Counted from the stretch's first letter, positions 1 through 7,987 are shown. The stretch is DNA of 15,847 nt from Candidatus Jordarchaeales archaeon (GCA_038858525.1 JAWCFL010000038.1:1-15847); one strand, 5' to 3'. Notes: generated by a model from the sequence alone, not told the origin. A program made the numbers and translations.

Positions 1-164
1 AACTCGGAAAGATACCACCGCAAAACAAGCTCGAAAAAAGTTCTCCTCACGATTTCCATTGCGCCCTGCACCAATCGGCTCAGACCTTCCAACAAAAAAG
101 ACGTTCTACGCGTCACGTCGCCTTCATCCACTACCTCCCCACCATTCATCTTTCGCTCAAGCAA
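1..164 (-). CDS. 5' part of a hypothetical protein running off the left edge
   Basis: Manual translation from TTG at 164 gives 54 stop-free codons to the edge (MLERKMNGGEVVDEGDVTRRTSFLLEGLSRLVQGAMEIVRRTFFELVLRWYLSE). RBS GGAGGGTGA at 179-171. Not in the ORF track. Confidence 0.55.
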   Translation of the reverse strand, partial: MLERKMNGGEVVDEGDVTRRTSFLLEGLSRLVQGAMEIVRRTFFELVLRWYLSE

Positions 165-180
165 CACGCATCACCCTCCA

Positions 181-360
181 TCCCGAACAAATATTTTAAT
201 AATCGAAGAATATATATATTTATTGTTTTTCTAATTTTACAGATTTCCTTAAAAAGAAATTATAATTTCGAAATCTCTTATTAATTTTTATGTTAAAGCA
301 TGCACTTTGCATGGAAACTTCCTTTTTAGCATGAATTTTTAAATGCTGATGCCTCATAGG
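181..360. promoter_or_regulatory. AT-rich divergent promoter region with palindromes
   Basis: Very AT-rich gap between divergent genes, with TATA-like tracts, perfect palindrome GAAATTATAATTTC (256-269) and CATGCA-ctt-TGCATG (299-313). Confidence 0.5.
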
Positions 361-386
361 AAACTGAAGCGGTGAGTGGTGGCAGA

Positions 387-629
387 ATGAGCAGTAAAAG
401 CGTCAAGTCAACTATAAACCGCGTTCTTTGGGACCCATCTCTGGTCCCCAAAGACTTCAAGGCTGTTTACACTGACCGGTTTGAAGGCGCCTGCAAAGAG
501 TTTAGCTTAGCTGACATCGAACGTGTCGAAGGCTCCTTCATCTTTCTGAAGTCCGGTACACTTATACCCTCTCACAGAATAAGAAAAATATACAACACTA
601 AAACCGGAGAAACACTGATTTCAAGGTAG
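387..629 (+). CDS. DUF504 / UPF0248 (MJ1316-like) family protein
   Basis: Motifs 'INRVLWDP', 'Y.DR' and 'IPSHRIRKI' are typical of DUF504. ATG at 387 follows GGTGG; the ORF track start at 372 is an alternative. Confidence 0.8.
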   Translation: MSSKSVKSTINRVLWDPSLVPKDFKAVYTDRFEGACKEFSLADIERVEGSFIFLKSGTLIPSHRIRKIYNTKTGETLISR

Positions 630-630
630 G

Positions 631-1083
631 CTAGCTTGCTTCCCCCTTAACCTTCCCAGCTATTGCTAGGCCCAGCTCCCTGCATCGCCTCAACCCGTCC
701 TCGTCCGGGTCCTCTATTATCCTCAACGGATCAGTGACCACATTGAAGCCCAAGCTCCTCATTCTTCTCTGAACTTCATAAACCGCCTCCCCACTCCATC
801 CGTATGAGCCGAAGACCGCCCCAATCTTTCCCTTGACGTTCAACTCCTCCATTTTAGATAGGAGAACGTTAACCTCATAGGCAGGCATGTAGTCATGGGT
901 AGGCGTGCCAACCACAACGGCCTTAGCCTTCTCCAGCTCCTCTTTAAAATCCTCAAAGATGCTCCTACGGAGATCATATACTTTGACGTCTAGTCCTCCT
1001 TCAACCAAGCCCTCAGCCACAGCCTTCGCCATCCTTCCAGTACTACCCGACCTAGTCGAGTAAACAACAACCGCGTCAACCAA
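631..1083 (-). CDS. Flavodoxin (stand-alone, FprA C-terminal-like)
   Basis: FMN-binding motifs YSTRSGSTGRMA, VVGTPT and FGSYGWSGEAV; 150 aa; RBS GGAGGGTGA before TTG. Confidence 0.9.
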   Translation of the reverse strand: MVDAVVVYSTRSGSTGRMAKAVAEGLVEGGLDVKVYDLRRSIFEDFKEELEKAKAVVVGTPTHDYMPAYEVNVLLSKMEELNVKGKIGAVFGSYGWSGEAVYEVQRRMRSLGFNVVTDPLRIIEDPDEDGLRRCRELGLAIAGKVKGEAS

Positions 1084-1122
1084 TCAGCTCACCCTCCATC
1101 AAACCTTCCACAACACCAACAC

Positions 1123-1150
1123 ATATTTAAAAAATACGTTTTTAACGTAT
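1123..1150 (-). promoter_or_regulatory. TATA box plus adjacent 7-3-7 inverted repeat upstream of flavodoxin
   Basis: ATACGTT-ttt-AACGTAT at 1134-1150 lies directly upstream (minus strand) of a TTTAAATA-like element about 45 nt before the start codon. Confidence 0.5.
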
Positions 1151-1263
1151 CAACCAAATTAATGAAGCAACAGCTTGAAAACCCTCAAATTAAAAGGGCA
1201 GACAGGAGCTGCCAAAGGACGCTCACAGGATGCGCATGCCTGCAGTTTCAGTTTACCTCTTTT

Positions 1264-1452
1264 TCAATTCGTGTATTTTAGCAATATGTCGTTTATGAGT
1301 CTTTGTCTGTCTCCCTTTTCCTTAGCGGCCTCCAGCATCTCTTTCAGCATCAGGAAAAACCGCTCCCTGCTAAGGTTAAGTTTTCTAAGCTCTTTTTCCT
1401 CTTCCCAGGATAATCGCTCCACCTCTTTCTCCACGAACTCGAATATGTCCAT
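1264..1452 (-). CDS. Small charged helical hypothetical protein (62 aa)
   Basis: RBS GAGGTGA (1463-1457) 4 nt before ATG at 1452; E/K/R/L-rich helical composition. Confidence 0.65.
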   Translation of the reverse strand: MDIFEFVEKEVERLSWEEEKELRKLNLSRERFFLMLKEMLEAAKEKGDRQRLINDILLKYTN

Positions 1453-1737
1453 CACGTCACCTCGCGATAAAATAACAGCTAATTATCATAACAGAAGGTC
1501 ATTTTTTAGACCAAGAAATCAGCGGCCATCCACTCAAAACTACCAACTTTTACATATTAAATTTTTCGAAGCAAAAACAGCACATCAACTCAGAACTGGT
1601 CAAAATCCCCAAAAAACAGCACCCCCTGCTAGAAACATGTGATTAATGCATCTTCGCATCTTTAATAAACGTGTTTTTTTCTCAAAAAGTTTATTAGCCT
1701 ACCAGTAGCAGTTACCAAAAAACTTGGTAGTGAGTTA

Positions 1738-2748
1738 ATGAGTGCTTCTAAGTCGCTACTTTTCCTCCTCGCCGCATTAGTACTTTCCCTTGCCCTGTCA
1801 CAAGCGCTTCTCGCCCCCCAACCCGTCCTCGCGATAACCGGAGAAAAACCATCCTACACGGTCGGAGACACCTGGAAATATAACCTAACCATCACAAATA
1901 CAACGGACGGCACCACAAGCAAGCTACTAACCCTTTCCGTCAGCGGAGCCGGAGCCATAACGAGCTTCAACAGGACACCAATAGACTGCTATACCCTCAA
2001 ATACCAGCCTGCCCTAGACCCATTCACCCTCTTCATACTATATATCCAGCTATTTGGAGGCATGAGCATCAACGAATACATAGAAATTCTTGAGAACAGC
2101 TACTCCGAGTTTTACGTCGCGAAATCCAACAATGAGCTAATCGGAATGCACATATACCTCTACTACTTTGACGGTTCTTCAAACGGGGTCAACCTCTCAG
2201 TCACCTTTAAATTCAACGAAACATATCCCTACCCTCTAAAATTCCCACTAGAAATTAACTCGACATTCGGCAACTACAGCGACGAAATGGCCTACAGCCT
2301 CCAAGGATATATTTTCATTTACAACAGCACAACTCACAATTGGGATAACGTAACATCTCCAGAAACAGGAACAATTGGATGGTACGTCTTCTTGCTGTTC
2401 CCCCTAGTCAACGTCACTGGAACCGAGAACGTTACGGTTCCGGCTGGAACCTTTGAATGCTGGAAAATGGAGTACCCTCAAAATCCCGATATTCTAAAAA
2501 TTTGGTATTCACCCGAAGTTAAGAGCATCGTTAGACTCAACTTTTCACTGGAAGGCGCAGTGTTATACGAGATGGATCTGCAGAGCTATAGCCATGCGCT
2601 CTTAACACCGGAACAGCAAACGTTTCTTCTCTTCTATTTCTTCCAGCAGTCTTCTCAGCAGTTCATGTTTTTCATTGCATTGGGAGGAGCGGCAGCAGCA
2701 TTAGGGGTAGCAACGATAGCAATTTTAGCTTGGAAGAAGAGGAAATAA
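1738..2748 (+). CDS. Secreted, C-terminally membrane-anchored surface glycoprotein (DUF3108-like beta domain)
   Basis: N-terminal signal peptide, 12 N-x-S/T sequons, 'NVTVPAGTFECWK...WYSPEVKSIV' motif, C-terminal TM helix followed by WKKRK. Confidence 0.75.
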   Translation: MSASKSLLFLLAALVLSLALSQALLAPQPVLAITGEKPSYTVGDTWKYNLTITNTTDGTTSKLLTLSVSGAGAITSFNRTPIDCYTLKYQPALDPFTLFILYIQLFGGMSINEYIEILENSYSEFYVAKSNNELIGMHIYLYYFDGSSNGVNLSVTFKFNETYPYPLKFPLEINSTFGNYSDEMAYSLQGYIFIYNSTTHNWDNVTSPETGTIGWYVFLLFPLVNVTGTENVTVPAGTFECWKMEYPQNPDILKIWYSPEVKSIVRLNFSLEGAVLYEMDLQSYSHALLTPEQQTFLLFYFFQQSSQQFMFFIALGGAAAALGVATIAILAWKKRK

Positions 2749-2756
2749 CAACCTGT

Positions 2757-2777
2757 TCCCCTTTTTTCTTTTTCTTC
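2757..2777 (+). terminator. Oligo-T archaeal terminator
   Basis: CCCCTTTTTTTCTTTTTTCTT just after the stop at 2748. Confidence 0.55.
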
Positions 2778-2916
2778 GGAATTCACATTAATCTCTGACA
2801 ATTTACACTGTCCTTTCATTCTCTTGGTCTACTTTTCCATCCTCTTATTATCTTTTTTTCTAAAATTAGTAATATTTATTAATTTATGTTTTTTGATTAT
2901 TAAAATGGTGGTTCGC

Positions 2917-3810
2917 TTGGCTCATGTTCATCTACCTGATGGCGTTATGCCTTTGGAGTGGTGTGCTGTCTGGTTCGTGGTGGCTGGTTTGCTGGTGGGC
3001 GTGGTCGTGGTTGTTGCCGGTAGGCGGCTGGAGCTTAAGCAGAGAGTGGCGGCCGCCTTCTTCACCGTGATCCTCTTCGTGGCCATGTTGATTCCCGTTC
3101 CGTCACCTTTCGGCGGAACACACATGAACATGACGCCGCTTGCTGGCGTGGTTGCAGGGCCAGCCGCTTCAGCCCTAGTTGTCTTCACGGTTAGCTTGCT
3201 GATGACGTTCCTGGGACATGGCGGCGTCACTGTTCTGGGAGCGAACATGCTCATTCTTTACTTCGAGTGTGTTACAGCTTACTTGCTCTACAAGTTTTTG
3301 AGGCACCGCTTCAGTGTTTACTTGTCTGCATTCACAGCAACGCTTGTCTCGCTTGTCCTCAGCACCTTTCTGGCGAGTGGCATGCTTTCCATTTCCGTAG
3401 CAGGATCCCCCTCATACTACCTCGGCGAGTACATGGCTGAAGGCGTTTTGGTACATGGCCTGCTTCCCGAGGAGCTGGCGGAGAACCCGCTGATACATGA
3501 ACTGGTGCACGGTTACTTGTCGGGAAGTGCCTGGTTCCACGAGGCTGTCCATAAGTTGGCGTCGAGTCCCTTGCTTCCTTGGCTTTGGCTCTCCTTTGAG
3601 CATCACTTGGAGGAGCTTTTATTCTTGGTGTTGAGAGTTGCCGAGGTTTCGTCTCCTTTGCGTTTCTTCGTGGTTTTTACTGTTGCCACGTTGCCTGCTA
3701 ACGTGTTCGTGGCGGTTATCGAGGCTGCTGTGACGGGCGTCGTTGTTCGGAGCACTGTGAAGTCGAGGCCGGATGTGGTGGTGGCTGAACAAGACAAACG
3801 GGAGGGTTGA
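2917..3810 (+). CDS. cbiM: ECF-type Co/Ni transporter substrate component CbiM/NikM with His-rich insert
   Basis: N-terminal HLPDG motif, 'GGTHMN', 'GHGGVTVLGAN' and C-terminal 'AVIEAAVTG..V...RPD'. Start placed at TTG 2917 with RBS GGTGG (2907-2911); ATG 2905 is an alternative; the track's 2824 start lies in AT-rich promoter DNA. Confidence 0.9.
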   Translation: MAHVHLPDGVMPLEWCAVWFVVAGLLVGVVVVVAGRRLELKQRVAAAFFTVILFVAMLIPVPSPFGGTHMNMTPLAGVVAGPAASALVVFTVSLLMTFLGHGGVTVLGANMLILYFECVTAYLLYKFLRHRFSVYLSAFTATLVSLVLSTFLASGMLSISVAGSPSYYLGEYMAEGVLVHGLLPEELAENPLIHELVHGYLSGSAWFHEAVHKLASSPLLPWLWLSFEHHLEELLFLVLRVAEVSSPLRFFVVFTVATLPANVFVAVIEAAVTGVVVRSTVKSRPDVVVAEQDKREG

Positions 3811-4550
3811 GCCTGGCATCGTTCATTGAGAGATACCTGCCAAGCACCCCTATGGTCGAGTACTTCTCTACACGTAGGTCTTTCTATCACGCCTTTCACT
3901 CCGCTTCAAAGCTTGTTTTTTCACTCTCCATGATACTGGTCACGGTTTACCTTAAGAGCGCCCTGCTGATTGCTCTCATGCCTCTAACCGCCTTGCTGGT
4001 TATGCTGTCAGCCCGCCTCCCCTTGAGAACCGTTATGTCCTGGTCCCTTACACCGTTTCTTTTTGCTGTAGCCCTATGCGTTCTTCTCCCCCTCATAGGC
4101 TACCCCCTGCTTGACGCTTTCTTGATCCTTGTTAAGGCCGTTGTAGCCGCTTGGTTCATGTTCCTACTGGTGCTAACTACTCCAATGACTCACCTTGCAA
4201 GGCTCGCTTCGAAGTTTCTCCCGTCATGGCTCGCTGACACGTTCGTGCTGGCTTCAAGATACTTCTTCCTAATTTTTGATGAAGCTCAGAGGATGGTTAA
4301 AGCTATGAACTCTAGGGGAAACCCTCCACTTAAGAGGAAAGTCACACTTGTCGCCAACGTCATGGCGAGCCTCTTCTTGAAGGGCTACGAGAGGGCGGAA
4401 AGAGTTTATGTCGCGATGACTTCCAGAGGCTACAGGGGTAAGATACCCCTCACGTCTCCGGAGCGCTTCAGACTACGGGATGCCCTCTTCGTAGCTACAT
4501 CTTTAGCCTTCTCCCTAGTAATGGTCTACGTGGAGGTGCTAGTCATTTGA
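3807..4550 (+). CDS. cbiQ: ECF transporter transmembrane T component CbiQ
   Basis: Multi-TM protein with two conserved coupling motifs, AMNSRG and AMTSRGY; TTGA overlap with cbiM. Confidence 0.9.
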   Translation: MSLASFIERYLPSTPMVEYFSTRRSFYHAFHSASKLVFSLSMILVTVYLKSALLIALMPLTALLVMLSARLPLRTVMSWSLTPFLFAVALCVLLPLIGYPLLDAFLILVKAVVAAWFMFLLVLTTPMTHLARLASKFLPSWLADTFVLASRYFFLIFDEAQRMVKAMNSRGNPPLKRKVTLVANVMASLFLKGYERAERVYVAMTSRGYRGKIPLTSPERFRLRDALFVATSLAFSLVMVYVEVLVI

Positions 4551-5362
4551 GAGCGGTTGAAGTTGACTGTGTCGAGCACGTTTACCCTGACGGGACTAGA
4601 GCTTTATGTGGTGCCCGTCTTGAGGTTGAGGAAGGTGAGTCCGTGGCGATTCTGGGGCCGAACGGCTCCGGCAAAACAACCCTCATCCTTCACCTTAACG
4701 GGACTCTTCTCCCCCATGAGGGGGAAGTCAGAATATTTGGTGAGTCCGTATCGAAGAAGAACCTCGACTGGGTTAGGAAGACGGTGGGAGTAGTGTTTCA
4801 GAACTCGGACGACCAGCTCTTCATGCCTACGGTATTCGAGGATGTCGCCTTCGGCCCCCTGAACGTTAAGCCACGGAAGGAGGCGTTGAGGGAGGCAGAA
4901 TCCGCCATGGAGGAGCTCGGCATAATGGAGCTAAGGGATAGAGTTCCTCACTTTTTAAGCGGAGGACAGAAGAGGCTTGTTGCCATAGCCGGGGTCATAG
5001 CGATGAAGCCGAAGATCCTTGTTCTTGACGAGCCGACAATAGGCCTAGACTCTGAAGCCCGGGACAAGATAATTTGGGTCCTATCCCAGTTGAAGAAACG
5101 CTACAAGCTAACCCTGATATTTTCCACGTTCGACGTCGAAATTGTACCTTTGCTTGCAGACAAAGTTGTTGTGCTCAAGAACGGATCCGTCATCTATCAA
5201 GGAGACGTTAGGAGAGCGCTGACCGACACCAAGCTTCTCAGGGAGGCACGCCTCGACCAGCCACCCTACGTGAAGCTAGCAGAGGAACTAGGCCTAAATG
5301 AGAAACCCCTAACTCTAAAAGAAGCCTCAGCCTTATTCTCAAAAATTATTAAAAAAGAGTAA
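4547..5362 (+). CDS. cbiO: ECF transporter ATPase CbiO
   Basis: Walker A GPNGSGKT, Q-loop VFQNSDDQLF, signature LSGGQ, Walker B/D-loop VLDEPTIGLD. The H-loop reads STFD instead of STHD. Confidence 0.92.
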   Translation: MRAVEVDCVEHVYPDGTRALCGARLEVEEGESVAILGPNGSGKTTLILHLNGTLLPHEGEVRIFGESVSKKNLDWVRKTVGVVFQNSDDQLFMPTVFEDVAFGPLNVKPRKEALREAESAMEELGIMELRDRVPHFLSGGQKRLVAIAGVIAMKPKILVLDEPTIGLDSEARDKIIWVLSQLKKRYKLTLIFSTFDVEIVPLLADKVVVLKNGSVIYQGDVRRALTDTKLLREARLDQPPYVKLAEELGLNEKPLTLKEASALFSKIIKKE

Positions 5363-5587
5363 GTGCCTTTCTAGTGTACTTTTTAAACTTCAATGACCGT
5401 TTTACTCGACTACACATCAAATAAACGGAAAATCAGTTTATCTTGCATTTTGAATATTAACTCAACATGTTTAAATCTCTCTTCAAATTTTCACGTCAAC
5501 TTAAAATAGCGAATGCGTTTCTTGAAGAGTTAATTTCATATCCTTTAGCGAGCTCTTTCTAAGCCTTGCCGAGAGAGGAGAGGGTGG

Positions 5588-5827
5588 TTGGTTGGAGTGA
5601 TGTTCAAAAAAGTCCTCCTTAGGCATGGTTTCCGGAGGAATAGGAGAAGCGACGAGCTCCAATACATAACGCACTGGGATAACGTAGGAGGAGTTTACGT
5701 CACGCTCAAACCAAAAATGGCCATCGTGGAAATCAAGGACAGGAACGTCATCCACGTTTTTAAAAGCGCTAAGGAACTTGACGCGTTTATTAAGAACCTC
5801 AGGGAATCATCGATACCATTCATGTAG
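5588..5827 (+). CDS. Small hypothetical protein (75-79 aa)
   Basis: Purine-rich RBS-like sequence upstream (GGAGAGGGTGG; GGAG before ATG 5600); globular alpha/beta-like composition. No family recognised. Confidence 0.6.
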   Translation: MVGVMFKKVLLRHGFRRNRRSDELQYITHWDNVGGVYVTLKPKMAIVEIKDRNVIHVFKSAKELDAFIKNLRESSIPFM

Positions 5828-5983
5828 CGTTCAACATCTACTTGTAACGAAAACTTCACACTAAACGATACTTGGCTCAACACGTCTCACGAAGACATGG
5901 CATCATAAAGATTCAAGGTCGCTAACAACCAAGTTACTGAACTAAATCATGGCCGCTTCTTTACTTCACAGTTAAGAATGCGC

Positions 5984-6382
5984 CTAGCTTTGGGTGAGTG
6001 TCGTCGCCTTCTCGTACTTCATAATTCGCTGAACCATTTTTCTGCTTAAAACACCAATTATCCTTCCTTTGTCTGTTACCGCCAGCCTCTTGACGCCCGT
6101 AGACTGGAAAAGCTTCCAGGCATCTGTGAGCGTTGCATCCTTGTCTATCGTGTAAACCTCCCTGACCATTATGTCTCCTGCTTTAACGTTCTCTGGATTC
6201 TGGCGCTGAGCAACAAGCCGGAATATCTGCCCATCAGTTATCAGCCCGACGATCTTTCCACTTCTGTCCTCCACGAAAACTGAACCAACCTCCTCTTCAA
6301 CCATTAACTTAGCGACGAAGGGAACATCGTCATCGATCCTGCAGGTAACCAGTTTACGCCTAGCAACATCCTCAACCTTCAC
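5984..6382 (-). CDS. CBS-domain pair (Bateman) protein
   Basis: Two CBS repeats (VGSVFV...GKIVGLITD; VKRLAV...GRIIGVLS); RBS GGAGG before GTG. Confidence 0.9.
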   Translation of the reverse strand: MKVEDVARRKLVTCRIDDDVPFVAKLMVEEEVGSVFVEDRSGKIVGLITDGQIFRLVAQRQNPENVKAGDIMVREVYTIDKDATLTDAWKLFQSTGVKRLAVTDKGRIIGVLSRKMVQRIMKYEKATTLTQS

Positions 6383-6618
6383 GCTCTCGCCTCCAAAATA
6401 TAATCGTTAAATCATCTTAATAGATAAAGAGCGAATAATAAGCTTTTCGTGAATTTTCACCAAGGAAAAATTCGTCTATTCATGTTTTTCCCATACCCTT
6501 AAAGCCTACCTTTGTATCAAAACGCGCACCGGTTGGTAGGCGTGACATAGCATCCCCCAATATCCCGCCACGGTAACCCTTAAGTGGAGTTTAGCTTTTC
6601 AGGCTTTTGGTGGTTGGA

Positions 6619-6900
6619 TTGAACGTTAAAGTTAATGACCTAGTAAGAATGAAGCGGGGCGTTATCCCCGGCATCGCGAGAAAATTCCGGATAAGTGAGA
6701 GCCAGGCTGAAAACTTTCTCAGGATCGCTATAGAAGAAGCAGCTAGGTCGAAGCGGCTGAGCGTGAAGAAAGGTGAAATATCAGGAGACGACGCAGCAAT
6801 TTCAGAGCTCTTTAGGGAAGTTGAAAGCTGGACTGAAGACGAATTTGACGAAGAAGACTTTGAAATACTCGGATACTGCCGATCGATAAGAGAAGAATAA
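6619..6900 (+). CDS. Hypothetical protein with acidic C-terminus (~93 aa)
   Basis: RBS GGTGG 5 nt before TTG 6619 (track start 6607); basic N-terminal half, acidic tail WTEDEFDEEDFE. Confidence 0.65.
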   Translation: MNVKVNDLVRMKRGVIPGIARKFRISESQAENFLRIAIEEAARSKRLSVKKGEISGDDAAISELFREVESWTEDEFDEEDFEILGYCRSIREE

Positions 6901-6941
6901 GCAATCTTAACGCCACTTTTACCTTCTGCCTCTTTCTCCTT

Positions 6942-7250
6942 TCACACCTCGATAAGTTCCTCTGCCGGTATGAATCTCCTATACCATTTTTCCAGCAATT
7001 CCTCTGTGACCACGTGGAGCTCAACGTTTTCCTCCACGCTTCTGTAAACCTTAACCATCATCTCATATTTGCGCTCAACAACTCCTGTAACTACCATTAC
7101 GTCTATGTCGCTCATCGCCGTAGCCTCCCCCCTAGCAGCTGAACCGAAAATGTAAACCTTCGCCTCCGGATCTATGCTGTGGACTATGCTCTTAACTCTT
7201 CTAGCCACTTCGATGTGCCCTTCAGACACCCGAGCCCTTGAGCTCATCAA
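6942..7250 (-). CDS. Minimal nucleotidyltransferase (MNT), putative antitoxin
   Basis: Intact Pol-beta NTase motif YIFGSAARG...SDIDV plus VELHVV strand; overlaps the HEPN stop. Confidence 0.9.
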   Translation of the reverse strand: MMSSRARVSEGHIEVARRVKSIVHSIDPEAKVYIFGSAARGEATAMSDIDVMVVTGVVERKYEMMVKVYRSVEENVELHVVTEELLEKWYRRFIPAEELIEV

Positions 7251-7633
7251 ACCCCATCCATAAACTTCTTGAACTCCTCAACTACAAACCTGTAGAGACT
7301 TAAAGCCTCCCTTTCCTCATAAACATATGGCGTATACCTTGAAGTTATGTATGCCTCCTCAAGCCTAGCTACATAATGCAACCTGCTCTCATCTTCAACT
7401 AGGGAACTCAGGTCAGGATGAATCCTAGCGAGCTCCCTTATAAGTCTCCTAAGAGAGTGCGTCCTAGGATACGAGCCCGTCTCAACCAACAACTTGTACT
7501 TAAGAATAAGCTGGCAGTACTGCTCCAAGTTGAAAACAGCCAGATCCCACTCCCCGCTCTTAAGCAGCTGCTCAGCGTTCCTCAGAAACGCCTCAGCCCT
7601 CCTCCTAATGACCTCAGCCTCCTCAAGCGACAT
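7247..7633 (-). CDS. HEPN-domain protein, putative toxin
   Basis: Motifs 'DLAVFNLEQ..QL.LK', 'PRTHSL' and 'YITSRY'; RBS GGTGA; directly upstream of MNT. Confidence 0.88.
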   Translation of the reverse strand: MSLEEAEVIRRRAEAFLRNAEQLLKSGEWDLAVFNLEQYCQLILKYKLLVETGSYPRTHSLRRLIRELARIHPDLSSLVEDESRLHYVARLEEAYITSRYTPYVYEEREALSLYRFVVEEFKKFMDGV

Positions 7634-7987
7634 AAGCCATCACCAACTAAAACGCTCCCAATGGGACCAAATCATCACATAGAAAACTCGTTGAGATACA
7701 AGGCTTCGTTTAAATAAACTGGAAGCCAATTAAAGGTAATTAATGTTTTCTCTTTCCTGCTGCTGGACGGGAAAGGCATTTCGCAACATCTGAAAAGGCA
7801 CACAGAGACCGAAGCATTTGTGAGATATCGGGAAGAGTTACGAGTCCCATACGTTCGGCTCGATCAAAGTAGAGAATACATTGTGGCACAAGTTTACTGT
7901 GAGAGGTGCGGCGTCTATGAATCCGTCTGATCCGCTGGGGCAAGGATTAAAGCCGTTAAAAATAGATGGAAGACCATTCAGGAGTAG

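Noticed and set aside
1175-1642. 155-aa plus-strand ORF
   Set aside because: Ser/Phe-rich antisense shadow of the 1264-1452 gene, extending through AT-rich promoter DNA; no RBS or motif.
2824-2904. N-terminal extension of CbiM in the ORF track
   Set aside because: It is AT-rich promoter sequence translated as F/I/L, and it would bury the N-terminal metal-binding motif.
2760-2910. Cobalamin riboswitch or NikR operator upstream of cbiM
   Set aside because: No GGGAA / GCCACTG / B12-box elements. GTAATA (2869-2874) has no properly spaced inverted partner.
2928-4793. ORFs 2928-3254, 3412-3606, 3603-3899, 3619-3819 and 4557-4793
   Set aside because: Antisense or alternate-frame shadows of cbiM/cbiQ/cbiO with no recognisable motifs.
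5501-5883. Minus-strand ORFs 5501-5755 and 5695-5883
   Set aside because: They overlap the better-supported plus-strand gene that has an RBS.
7740-7943. 67-aa minus-strand ORF
   Set aside because: No RBS or family motif; the opposite strand looks at least as coding-like.
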